A stretch of DNA of 64,000 bases from Cenococcum geophilum (taxonomy: Eukaryota): NCBI GenBank assembly GCA_050273025.1, contig CP158636.1, positions 9,734,001 to 9,798,000 on the forward strand. The letters are read 5' to 3'. This document shows, piece after piece, positions 1-11,583 of this stretch. Under the pieces are notes generated by a model. It searched no databases. It was not told the origin of the DNA and worked only from the letters and a program-made list of their open reading frames with translations. The stretch's first letter is position 1. Every line of letters begins with the position of its first letter. The translations under genes were made by a program, and so were the position numbers.

Positions 1-575
1 TTTTAATACTTTAATCTAAACTAAATAAGTGTTATAGAAGCTAATTAATTTAACCACGTTATTAAAGGCATCCTATCTTAATATAATAAGGATAGGGTAT
101 TATACCCTAGAGTATACTTCTTAAAATAACTATAAGATCTACGATAAGAAATTGCTAGCTATTATTAGATATTTTAAACAATAGCGACCTAAACTAGAAG
201 GCGCCGAATTTCCAATTAATGTCCTTGGCGACTATAAGAATCTATAGTACTTTATAACTATAAAATAGCTAAGTTATTATTAGGCCTACTGATTAGAATA
301 TCTATTTTGCTTCTAATTCTTAATTATATACCACCTAAGCATTTAAAATTAAAAGCTTAATACTCTAACCTAACGCTTATAAGATATGCTAGTATTAAAA
401 AAAGGCGCGCTCTTACTAAAATTAGACCCTACTTTATTACAAACTATTTAACCCTTTTACTAAAGATCTTACGGTATACGTTCTTAAAATAACTAATTAA
501 TTAATTAAAGAGATTATAATTAATAAATACCTAAATCATAAGTTTATTTAAAAGACGCTTAAGCTAATATAAGGT
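1..575 (+). pseudogene. Ty3/gypsy pol fragment (RNase H and linker), family E, RIP-degraded
   Basis: About 128-350 reads, after reversing RIP-type transitions, as NYEIYDKELLAIIRxFEQWRPELEGA..DHKNLQYF, the gypsy RNase H motif. 428-572 matches the reverse complement of about 57480-57625 (family E pol). Confidence 0.85.
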
Positions 576-1120
576 ATTATAGCTTATTTAACTATCTTAC
601 CTAAAGGTTTATATTATTATAATCTCTCGCTATTAAAGAGACCTTTCTACTCTGGCGTAATGGCTTTCTATAAGGTATTTATAGAGTTTCTATTTAGGTT
701 ATTATAAAATTTTAAAGGAGGAATATATTAGGAAATTTTTTTTGGGGCTCGTTGTTGCGGTTTGCGGCAAATTGCCGCAAACCGTACGGTTGCGGCAGGT
801 GGATATAGTCGATAGCAATTTGCGCAAAACGCACGTTTTGTAATAAGTTTGCAGCACCCTAATAGCAATTTGCGCATTTTGTAACAAATTTGCAGCACCT
901 AATAGTAAATTACGGCAAAATGCTACCCTATAAATAAATAGTGCGCAAACTATATAAATTGTACGAATTGTAAAAACTGTATAAATTGTAACTATATAAA
1001 TTATAATTATATTATATAATAACCAAATTATTACATATTTTTATAGATTTCTATAGTATACTTTTAAATATATTTATATTATAACTATATAAAATGTAGA
1101 GCTATAGGCTTACAGCTTGG

Positions 1121-1826
1121 CAAGGTCATGGAAAACCTCGGTAAGGTCATAAAGTTAAACGGGGTTAGAACCTTTTAGACCACGCTTAACTTCTAACCCT
1201 GCTGAGCTTTATATATATGCAGTGCATATACAAAAAAAATTTATTTATTTTATAGAATTTAAAGTATTTAATAAATAAAAATTATAAGTTATACGTGGCA
1301 TATGTGGGGCATATACTATAATAAAATTAATAATTTAAGTTATTAAAATATCCCTATATATATAGTGTATAGACTTAGCATATACGTAGTATATGCTAAG
1401 TCTATACACTATATTAAATTTATCTTTATTTTTAAGATTTTACTCCCTTATATACTATCTTTTAAAGTATTGCCTTTATATTCTATATAAGATAGGCTAT
1501 TTAATAGCATCTACTTAGTATATGCTGAGCTTATACTAAGTATATGCGTAATATATGCTTAGTATACGCTTAGTATATACTAAGTAGATGCCGCCAATAT
1601 ATCACTAATAAGCCATTTAAATATTTTCATAGGGTGCATATATATGCTGAGCATATGCATTGCATATTTAATGTATTAGTTACTATGGTAAATTGTGGCT
1701 GCTGATGCGCGTTCTGTATGGCTAAAAGTGTGGCCCCGCCGACCTTTTCCCGGCGCTCCATCGGTGACCCCGTTTAACTTTCGCCGACCCCCATCGGTGA
1801 CCCTGTTCAACTTTTCCGTGACCCTG
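1121..1826. mobile_element. hAT-like non-autonomous element with internal hairpins
   Basis: caaggtcatggaaaa (1121) is inverted to ttttccgtgaccctg (ends 1826), with subterminal inverted aaagttaaacggggt / accccgtttaacttt. No clean 8-bp TSD was found. Confidence 0.5.
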
Positions 1827-1842
1827 CTCAGCTGAACCCCGC

Positions 1843-1975
1843 TATCTACCTGCCTGCCTACCTACCTGCTTGCCTGCTTACCTATCTACCTACCTACCTG
1901 TCTGTCTGTCTATACCTACCCGTCTATACCTACCTATCTGTGCCTACCTGTCTATGCCTACCTGTCTATGTTACC
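1843..1975. repeat. Degenerate (CCTA/CCTG)n microsatellite
   Basis: Directly visible 4-nt periodicity. Confidence 0.85.
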
Positions 1976-2031
1976 TTAATTTGATTGATCGATCGAATCG
2001 TTTATTGTGTTCGCTGGCTGGTCATTTAAAC

Positions 2032-2608
2032 GGTTGTCGTGTGGCTCTAGCGATAGTTGTGTAGCGATGACGACGGTTGTCTGGCTCTGACAGTTGTTTA
2101 GCTCTGGCGACGGTTATCTGGCTCCGGCGACGGTCGTCTAGCTCTGACGACGGTCGTCTGGCTCTAACGGTTGTCTAGCTCTGGCGACGGTTATCTGGCT
2201 CTAACGACGGTCGTCCAGCTCTGGCGACGGTCATCTAGCTCCGGCGACGGTTGTCTAGCTTTGACGGTTGTCTAGCTCTGGCGACGGTTATCTAGCTCCG
2301 GCGACGGTTGTCCAGCTCTAGCGACGGTCATCTGGCTCCGGCGACGGCCGTCTAGCTCTGACGACGGTCGTCCAGCTCTGGCGACAGTCATCTGGCTCCG
2401 GCGACGGTCGTCTAGCTCTAACGACGGTTATCTGGCTCTAACGGTTGTCTAGCTCTGGCGACGGTCATCTGGCTCCGGCGACGGTTGTCCAGCTCTGGCG
2501 ACGGTTATCTGGCTCCGGCAATAGTCGTCTAGCTCTAATGACGGTTGTCTGGCTCTGACGGTCGTCTAGCTCTGGCAACAGTCGTCTGGCTCCGGCGACG
2601 GTTGTCTG
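2032..2608. repeat. 21-bp (some 18-bp) minisatellite, consensus about gctctggcgacggtcgtctag
   Basis: Directly visible head-to-tail array with no spacers. Confidence 0.95.
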
Positions 2609-2780
2609 CTGGCTATTATTCTGGTGTCTTCCTAGGTAGGGAGGATGTAAGGAAGGGTAAAAAATGAGGTGGCTACCTAGGTATATATAGGGGGTATACT
2701 TGGCAGAGGCACGTGTAGAGGCTATCGGGAATATAGCGGGGACCCGATAGTAGTGTGTCGCGCGCATACACATAAAGGCT

Positions 2781-3563
2781 TTGTGTAGAGCTTCGTGTAG
2801 AGCCTCCGTATGCAGAGCTTCGCGCAGAGCCTCGTGTAGAGCTTCGCGCAGAGCCTCGTGTAGAGCTTCGCGCAGAGCCTTGTGTAGAGCTTCGCGCAGA
2901 GCCTCGTGTAGAGCTTCGCGCAGAGCCTCGTGCAGAGCCTCTATATGTAGAGCTTCGTGTAGAGCTTCGTAGAGCTTTATGCAGAGCTTCGTGTAGAGCT
3001 TTATATAGAGCTTTATACAGAGCTTCGTGTAGAGCTTCGTGCAGAGCCTCTGTACGTAGAGCTTCGTGTAGAGCTTCGTGTAGAGCTTCGTGTAGAGCTT
3101 CGTGTAGAGCTTCGTGCAGAGCTTCGTGCACGAATTCGTGCAGAACTTCGTGTAGAGCCTCGTGCAGAGCCTCTGTACGCAGAGCTTTGTGTAGAGCCTC
3201 GTGTAAAGCCTCGTGCAAAGCTTCGTGTAGAGCTTCGTGTAGAGCTTCGTGTAGAGCTTCGTGCAGAGCTTCGTGCAGAGCTTCGTGCACGAATTCGTGC
3301 AGAACTTCGTGTAGAGCCTCGTGCAGAGCCTCTGTACGCAGAGCTTTGTGTAGAGCCTCGTGTAAAGCCTCGTGCAAAGCTTCGTGTAGAGCTTCGTGTA
3401 GAGCTTCGTGTAGAGCTTCGTGTAGAGCTTCGTGTAGAGCTTCGTGTAGAGCTTCGTGCAGAGCTTCGTGCAGAGCTTCGTGCAGAGCTTCGTGTAGAGC
3501 TTCGTGCAGAGCTTTATGTAAAGCCTCGTGTAGAGCTTTGTATAGAGCCTCGTGTAGAGCCTC
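2781..3563. repeat. 12-bp minisatellite, consensus agagcttcgtgt, with a higher-order duplicated block
   Basis: Directly visible. The variant block containing gcacgaattcgtgcagaac occurs twice (about 3128 and 3287). It explains the EALH/LYTK/CRAS repeat ORFs. Confidence 0.95.
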
Positions 3564-3569
3564 TGGCTA

Positions 3570-3831
3570 TTAGGAAATTTTTTTTTAGGCATATTGTTGC
3601 AAGCGAAAATTGGGGTCTGCAAAACCTGCGTAAGTCGTAATTTTGGTAATTTGTGGCGATTTGCAGCAATTTGCTACAAACATATAGATAAGGCAGGCGC
3701 GTGTATAGGTAGCCTATGTGTTTGTAGCAAATTGCTGCAAATCGCCGCAAATTGCCAAATTTGCGACTTACGCAGGTTTTGCAGACCCCGATTTTCGTTT
3801 GCAACAACGTGCCCAAAAAAATTTTTCCTGA
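3570..3831. mobile_element. Fold-back MITE (262 bp, arms of about 120 bp), flanked by TA
   Basis: 3570-3687 is the near-perfect reverse complement of 3712-3831. TA at 3568-3569 and 3832-3833. Confidence 0.85.
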
Positions 3832-4342
3832 TATAGTAGATATAAATAAATAATTTAGTCCTTAAAATAGCTGCCCTTCTAAAAATAAAGTAGGAAGGAT
3901 TTAAATATAAGTGGACTTTATAAGTAAGGGGCTATAAGGTATAATTATAAGAATAAATAGATTATAAAAGAGATAAATTCTTAAGGAGGTAAGGCCTTTA
4001 GGATTGTAGAGACTATATACTATAGGTATATACCTTTAGTATCCCATTCTTGGGCAACGATTTCTTGCACTTTTCGTATATGTACGCCTCTTAAGCCAAT
4101 CTAAAGGCTCTATACTGTATATAGCTTGGTGTTAAAGCCTTGGTCAGTGCAATTGCTCGGCGGTAGGGGTATAGGCGCCACCTCCGAGCTTCGGAGTCTC
4201 GAATATTAATGCTTAAATATTGCGGTGAGCAGCAGCGACGTAGCTAGGAAGCCTGTATAGAATATTTAGTAGTGTAGTTGATTAAAAAGCTTCGATATTA
4301 TTGCTGCCTATTTAATTAAACCCTTAGCAAGATATCGTCCTT

Positions 4343-6676
4343 ATGCCGCCCGGAAAATGTTGTGCGTCTTTAGCTCTAAAGCCTCCTAAGGCCCTAAAAG
4401 TTTTAAAAGCTCTAAGGCCTATAAAGCCTCCGAAAGCACCTTAAGCATAGGAGTCTTATTTATAATCCTTTTAAGCAACGCAGTATACACATAATAGCTT
4501 GGCGGCAGTAGTTATACAGCCTCTAGAGGCTTTGGTGGCTCCAGTACTTATATAGTAGGTGGCGGCGCTAAGTAAGGATATTTAAGAGGAGGCTCGGCCG
4601 AGTGCCCAGGTGGAGGATATTAAGGATAAAGTAGGAGCTGTTTTTAAGGCCCTTGGTAAGACTGCTAAGGATAAGGCGGGTGAGGTAGATGAGACTGAAT
4701 TACTAGAGCTATTAGCTAAAGAAGTTACAAGAATGGACCTTCCTACCGTTCCTACTACATGGGAGCCTATGGCTGCTGTTCCTAAACTAGATCTTAAAGT
4801 TGTTAACCTTCCTAAGGAGCTAATATTCGCCGCTCGGCGTGCTAGTGAGCCTATTTATGGCCTTAGCGCGGGCGTCGAATCTGTTAATCTTTCTGCTTAA
4901 GATGAGGATACTGAGCGCTCTGCTTACTGTACACTAGCAGATTAGATTGGTGTAACGTCTGGTAGGTGTAAATCTGGATAGGACCTACTAATTTAAGTAT
5001 TTCTACTATTCTTCAGTATTAGTGTATTTAAGAAGCTTATAATTAACACAAACCTTTATACAGCCTCCTAAAACGCTAGCGGATATCACTAATTAGGATA
5101 ATATGCTGGTAGACGATCACGGGAATAGAAGGAGACCTCTACTGGCGAGTTAATGATTTAGGTAGGACTTATTATCTATATAGGCGTCTTTAAAGCTTCT
5201 TAAGTATAAGACTTTTAGGCAATAGATCTTAAATATCCTTAGTACCTAATTAGCTTATTTATGGGCCAAAAAAGATGGGAGTAACTTAAGCGCTTCTTTT
5301 ATATATCACCGCCTCCACTAGAAGGCGTCAAACGCCAGATCTTCAAGAAAATTGAGCCATTAACGACTCCTTTAGGTAAGGCATTTAGGAAGTACGTTAT
5401 ACCTGGATCTATGGTTAGTTTTAATAAGATAATGGTGAGGTTTACTAGATAGTCTATAGCTATAATTAAATTGCCTAGTAAGCCAGTACCTAAAGGCTTT
5501 AAAATAATAAGTCTTTGTTAATATAGATATTGCTATAGCTTTATATTTACCTTACCTGGCTGCTTTTTCGGGCTTCCTTCTTAAACAGATTACCAAGATA
5601 TCGTCCTCTTAAAGACCTCTGAGTGCGTCCTCTACCTCACCCGGCAGCTTCCTCTTTAGACCCGTCGATTCTGCCTATTTTTAGATAACTACTTTACAAA
5701 TATTCCGTTACTCCAGGTGCTTTGACGACTTGGAATTGCTATAGCTGGCACGGTTTGATTAAACTTAAAGGACTATCCAGAGGTGCATAAAAGGGCCGAT
5801 AAAAGGAAGGTAAGGCTGCCGTTTAATTTTATTACAGGAATAGTTGTTAGCGCAGCTAATTTAGTGCTTTCGATTGTATGGCAGGATAAGAATTTAGTAC
5901 GGTTTTTGACGATAGCTTACTTATGCGGCAATAAGGATGTTAGTGAAGTTAATTGGCGCCAACCGCGAGCATATAATTCCTTTCTTAAGAAGCTAGTAGC
6001 TAACGTTTAGGGCGATAATCTAATTAAGAAGTTAACGCTTCCTAGGCTCTCTATCGACTATAATAACTAAATAGGCGGTATTAATATCTATGATTAACTT
6101 CGAAGCTACTATACTACCCAGATTACTACTGTACGTACTTAGATGCCCTTATTCTTCTAGGCGCTTAATACGGCCATAATTAACGCCTATATTATTAGTA
6201 AGAAGATCTTCCAAACATCAAGCAAGCCCTTCCTTTAAACCCATCGCCGCTTCCGCGTACGATTAGCATAGAACCTTGTTATTATAGGCAGCCGGCAGAT
6301 GGGCATAAATAAGGAAGATACTAAGCGTCTTCTTCGTTTAATATTACTAAATTATGGGCAATATAAACCTAGTTAGTATAAACCTAGTATTAGGCCTAGT
6401 TATAAAAATACTAGAATAAATTAAAAAAGCACCTACGTTACTGCCAAAACCCCACTACCTATAATTTAACGGTGTAAAACGCGAACTTACCGCTATATTA
6501 AGAGCTATATAAAGAAGGAAGGCCACAAGAGTTTACTAATGTGCTGGATGTGTAGATGGAAGCACGCGAGGAAGCTTATAGTAAAGACAAGGCGAACAGT
6601 ATACGAATGCGAGGTTTATAGGCTTCCTCTATGCCTGCAGTGCTTTAACGACTTTCATTCAGTAGGCAATAATTAG
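4343..6676 (+). pseudogene. piggyBac-family (DDE_Tnp_1_7-type) transposase, single frame with RIP stops
   Basis: Motifs in one frame after reversing RIP: FLLFFS..NTNLY, WKETS.GELMIWVGLIIYMG, M...RWEQLKRFF, PGSMVSFDEMMVRFTG, KLPSKPVPEGFK, LDNYFTNIPL, VWQDKNLVRFLT, DYN.QMGG.D..DQLR and a C-terminal Cys-rich tail. ORFs 4610-4900 and 5783-6010 are in this frame. Confidence 0.9.
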
Positions 6677-7032
6677 GTGACTATTTTTGATCCTCTACTT
6701 CCTTACGCCTAATATTGAGACTCCAGAGCTAATCAGGCTTTTACTACAGCGTCTATCCTTAAGCCCTCCTCTACTGCCTTTAAACGCGCCTCTATACTAA
6801 ACAATCGCTAATTAAACCGTTTAATTACCTATAGCATCTAATCCACCTTATTTGACGTATATAATACGTCCTCCTTTATAACCTTAAGCTGATCCTTTAC
6901 TAGTTTATCCTTATTAATAAGAACGCGTATAAAACGTATGGGTGGTGAGGATTTGGGGGAGGACTCTAATAAAGGCTTTTCCTATATAATTAGCAGCTGG
7001 TTAATAGAGGAAGAACAGGAACGTACAGCCAT
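6673..7032 (-). pseudogene. Putative second gene of the piggyBac-like element, about 85-105 aa, coiled-coil-like, one intron
   Basis: ATG GCT (7032-7027), then intron gtacgt..gctaat..tag (7026-6982), then frame EKPLLESSPKSSPPIRFIRVLINKDKLVKDQLKVIKEDVLYTSNKVD*ML*VIKRFN*RLFSIEARLKAVEEGL. The stops are compatible with RIP. Confidence 0.5.
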
Positions 7033-9336
7033 AACGTTATATATATCACAACTTCTTGCCCAACTTCCTCAAAATATATTCAGTGTTTTTGTAGTGGTGG
7101 CCTTAGGTAGCATTTCGTCGGCATCGCAATATCGAGGTGTTTTGGTGGGGCTTGCTAATAAAATCACGCTAGCTAGGATGCCTGCAGCATGCTAACCCAA
7201 GCAGAAGCGCCCAAAGCGCCCAGTGTCAATTGCCACACGAAGGGATATAACCGGCGACTATCCGAGGTGCGTTTAGGGGTTGTCCTAAAAGCAACCCAAG
7301 GTGACTATAATAATATCCCTTCTAGATATAGCGCTATAATTAAGGCTAAGGGGTAGCATACTAGATTTTAAACACTAAAAAGTATTACAATTACTAGATT
7401 ATATATCTATAAATAGCTTTAGATATATTTTAAAGCTCTGGAATTAATTGTGGCTTTCGCATAGTATTTTGGCAGGGTCGGCACGGACACTTTTGACGAG
7501 GTACTGTAGCAGGACTTGGCAGGAGTTTGTAACGAGTAGAGAAAATTCCGGTAAGACCCGAATCTTCTGCACGGTTATCGATAAGAGCCTGCGAATAGGA
7601 TCAAGGCCCCGTGATCAAATCTGCGAGCTTGTAGAACTCGTCGATTTTAATATACAATTGCTATATACACTTAATCTTTAGGATTAAAGTCGCTTTATAT
7701 GAGAGATCCAACACTCACCGTTTCTATAGAACAGCCGTAGAGAGTTCTTAGAGCTCCGCAAGGCCTCTTCCAATCCTTACTATTGCGACCTTTGTGAGTT
7801 GTATTTGGTGAGAGCTCTAAGAGAGGCTTCCTGCGACCTCTATGTTGTATTTCAGTCTTCCTGCCGGCCTCAATACAAGTAGAGTAGATCTTCTAATCGC
7901 GCTGCACCGACAGCTATGCAAGGGCTCGAGGTAGGGCCACGGCCACGGAGGAGTTCTTTTGCTTTCCGAGTCGGCGGAACAAAGTATATATCATTGGAAG
8001 TACGATTGGAAGGCATGGTTGATCAAAATATATTTATTGAATCTATAGAGGTAACACGCGTACTTCTGATTCTAAGTGTTTTCGTGTTCCGCGCACGGTC
8101 CAACTCTCGTAGTTGCAAGGGTGAGATAATGTGAATCCGCATTTCACAGATACAAAACACGCCTGCCCGTGTCGCTTTTCGTAGCTGCGGCGAAAACGAG
8201 TCACGGAAAGTCTTGGGGAGTCTTGGGGAGCCTCGGGGAATCCTAGAGAGGCCTGGGGCCATGCCATCTTCCGGTTTTTTTTTCCCAGAAGACTGGAATT
8301 TCCGCTATCGTTGTCCCGGAGTTATCGAGGAAATGCGCAAAAATGGCACGACATGGCTAATAAACTGCCAGCCCCTGTCTCAGGTTCCGCTGGCACCTAC
8401 AAATCCGCAGCCTCGTCATCTCAGATTTCGGTCGCTGACGAAGGCACATGGCTGCTACATCAATCCTCTGACCAACGTCCAAGTCATCCGATATGTCGGT
8501 GACTAAGTGCAGACTGCGAAGGCTGTGTGCAACCCAGTGCAACCTGTACGGGCTGTGCATCACCTCCAAGGCGAAAAGGCGAAAAGGCAAAAAGCCCAAA
8601 AAAATATCAGTCACGGCCCATTTACCATCTCCCTTTTTTTTATATTAACGCTCTAGATCTCCAACCACTGGTTTTGGGCGTTGGTGTTAGCACCCTGGGA
8701 TTTTGTCGTCGCTGGGCTGCTGACTCGTTTATAGGGCTGACCCGGTCTCGGTTCTAGACTCGCCATATGGAATAGTCCATCGCTACCAGTCTTGGTGGCA
8801 CGTCATACTATGGAATCTATGCACGATCCGCCAGATGCACCCTTCTCATGGGGCAGATTCGGTTTCGAATTTCACACCGGCCTCATCACATGGCGTGTAT
8901 TCTCCCTCATCTGGACGCACCCCCTCCCCACCTCTCGCCCCAACGCAATGGATGAGCGGGTGGCTACCTGTCGGAGGAATATCATTGCCCCCTCGTGAAG
9001 ATGTGTTGGGATTTAATACCCTTGATGTGCACGTCGTCCATCAAACCTGCCACGCTTCTTGTACGACTGGACTGCCTTGCTCATCCAGCCTGGGAAGACA
9101 AAGTGAATGAATAGGATTGCCCTCCCACGAAAGGTTCGTACTGAATGCCACCTATGTCTTTAGAAGATTTCCACTATCGGTTCAGCTTTGTACATCGAAC
9201 GTTTCCATAAAACAAGGACGCATCCTGTAGCACTAACAACTCCTCAGCGCTACAACTCTCCATATGCTTATGCCATCAACGCTTGCCTCAGTTGCGAATG
9301 TTATCTAGAAGAAACGCCCGGATATTCTCTTCCAAA

Positions 9337-10505
9337 ATGCATTCGTCAACCCTTTTTGATCTGCCTCCGGAGCTCCTCGTCCAAATTCTGTCCTATTTAC
9401 CCGTCAAGTCTCTGCTACAATTTTCTCAAACTTCTCACACATGTCATGCTCTTGCAACATCTAGCCTGCATACTCTTTCTCTAGGCATCTATCCAACCCG
9501 TCTCGCAAGTGTCATTAGTCGTTTAGGCACCACCAACCTACCTATTCCTAAGACAGCTACCTCGATATTTGCCTCGCAGCCAACATCTATTGGAAATTCT
9601 CTCAGCAGCAGTGTCGCAAGTCTAGACTCCCAGTTAGACAATCCCCACGACACGAACCTCAGTTCTGATCCGTACCACGTTTCGGTTCTCATTCCCGATT
9701 CGCAATCTTTTGACCACAAGACACTGCTTGCCTTCCACACTGCCCTCACGACCAGCGTCTTGTCACGGCACAGCCGCACCCTGCGTCACTTGGATATCTC
9801 GCTCTGGACCCTCACTGGCTCGGTCGCCCATGCTCTTTCAACGCTACCAGCTCTCCGCGCGCTCTCTATCCGTATGGAAGACCCGTACTCGAGATCCACG
9901 TCACGCCCCCGCCGCGTTGCGCAGATCGTCGCCGAGCGTGCGGCATGGGAATTGCTCGTCAACGAGGCCCTATGGGCACCGCGTCTCCAGGCCTTGCGAC
10001 TCGATGGTGGAGAAATCAGCACCGGGCAGCTGGAAAAGCTACTCAACAAGAATCATCTCTGCGAAGAAATATGGATCGCGAAGTGCAGCATGATTACGAA
10101 GGAAATCTGGACGTTTTTGGGGACCGAATGGGAGGGGCGGACGAGCTTGCGCGTGCTCGGAATCATGAAATGCGGCATGCCGCTAGACGAGGAGGCTTTG
10201 GATTGTATCGATGGGCTTGAGGGCCTAGAGGTATACCATCCCTTCCCATTACCCCTTCTGTTCCTTGCTCTACCCGTTTGGAGATGAGCGGCTTAGGTTC
10301 TGCTGAGGACCAGAGCTTTGCGGCTGACCTGTTGCAGTTTCTAACCCTCCAGGGCTATCATGGCATCACGAATGATGCTGTGGAGGAGAAGAACAAGAAG
10401 GTCTGGCGGATCCCGGAGCTCATACTGCCGAAACCCCAGACGCAGCGGAGTGATATCCCGCACACGATCGAAGTAGATCCAGCGTACACCACTAATGGCA
10501 GTTGA
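9337..10505 (+). CDS. F-box domain protein with LRR/RNI-like C-terminal region, 2 exons (9337-10230, 10338-10505), 353 aa
   Basis: N-terminal F-box motif LFDLPPELLVQILSYLPVKSLLQFSQTS and repeated LxxLxL motifs. A phase-0 intron gtatac..gctgac..ttgcag (10231-10337) joins ORF 9283-10287 to ORF 10278-10505 in frame. No RIP signature. Confidence 0.9.
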
Positions 10506-11583
10506 CAGTTTTCCGTGGTTTATCGTGCTATGCATTTAGGGGCGCCTAACAGTCCGCATCCGACGTCACGCGAAATGGCTTTGGGCAAATGGCATCGGTA
10601 ATGCGTCCGCCCGTGGAATTGGGGAGTTTGCACCAGGCCATTCACGTCAGTCCATTGGAGGATTGAATAAAGTTAGTGGATTTGATAGCCGCTGGAGTAT
10701 TGTATTCTATTAGAGATTGTAAATCTTTTCTTCGGCTTCGTTGTCACAACGTCATTATCTACATTCATGAAATAGAACCTTTTTTTAACTATATATTCTA
10801 CCATATTCTCATCACTTAACGCTCCTAATAAGCCATCTGTTGTGCTAGATAGAATGGCCTGCGCTGATTGTCTCTCCCTGCGGGAAGAGACATCGAGTGG
10901 CATTGGTGACTGGTGGTTTGTGGCGTCCGCGGGCTGTGAACGCGAGTCAGCTACATGCACCAACCCTGGAATGCGCTGCAGTTCCTGACTCGACGTGCTC
11001 ATAAATTCCTGATGAATGCGGCTAAATGAAGAAGACAACAATGGCGCAACGCACGAAATTAATGGACATGGAGGCTGTCTACTTCGCCTTCTGCAGCAAC
11101 AATCTATCCGGCCTACTTTGCCAATAACGCGGCGGTGGTGCTGGCTGAGGCAAAGTTCCAATATCAGATGAGGAGTTTGAGGAAGAGGCGTTCATGGCTG
11201 GGAGGCATGCATTCACGAAATTAGCTGCATCAAGTTGGTGGCTGCAAAGAGCTTTGGGAGGATTTCCAACTCCGAAAATGAAATGAACGGCGAATACAGG
11301 CGTGGTCGACGCGTACGTGTCCGAGCTTGGTGTTTGTGGCTCACCTACCATATCCCTGGGCATCCTCAAACTCAAGGCGGCTTGACGTTGCGATCAATGG
11401 AACTTCCGACTGACTTAACGTGTTCGTTAGGATCCGTCGTCCGCCTCTGCAGGTGTTGACCAGACAATTCGGAATGAGAACTCTATCAATTTGTCAACCT
11501 ATAAAATACGTCCTATTTGGCTTCGCTAGAAGGACTAGTCTTTTTGAGCTAATTGGACGTTCGACACAATTCAAGCTGACTCT

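Larger units (their letters stand above)
728..3831. mobile_element. Non-autonomous TIR element (composite) carrying minisatellites, flanked by TA
   Basis: The left end ttaggaaattttttttggggctcgttgttgc (728) is inverted relative to gcaacaacgtgcccaaaaaaatttttcctga (ends 3831). TA is present on both sides and the family C leader continues across the insertion. Confidence 0.7.
4043..7244 (+). mobile_element. piggyBac-like DNA transposon, full length, RIP-inactivated
   Basis: Ends are cccattcttgggcaa and ttgccacacgaaggg. It interrupts a family C LTR and contains a piggyBac-type transposase. Confidence 0.85.
576..7324 (-). mobile_element. Family C gypsy LTR plus leader remnant, split by two DNA-transposon insertions (pieces 576-727, 3832-4042, 7245-7324)
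   Basis: The three pieces are collinear reverse complements of about 34720-34577, 34576-34355 and 34355-34277 of element C. Confidence 0.85.

Noticed and set aside
2032..3563. CRISPR-like array
   Set aside because: Units are head-to-tail with no unique spacers, there are no cas genes, and the context is eukaryotic.
2465..3622. 385-aa, 234-aa and 128-aa repeat ORFs as genes
   Set aside because: They are open in several frames on both strands because of the 12-bp array, and the longest starts inside a TIR.
3514..3836. Near-identical ORFs on opposite strands
   Set aside because: Artefact of the palindromic MITE.
7916..9110. Cluster of short overlapping ORFs upstream of the F-box gene
   Set aside because: Expected by chance in GC-balanced intergenic or UTR sequence, with no motifs.
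10673..11459. 162-aa minus-strand ORF and neighbouring short ORFs
   Set aside because: No recognisable domain or convincing splice structure. They cannot be supported without a search.
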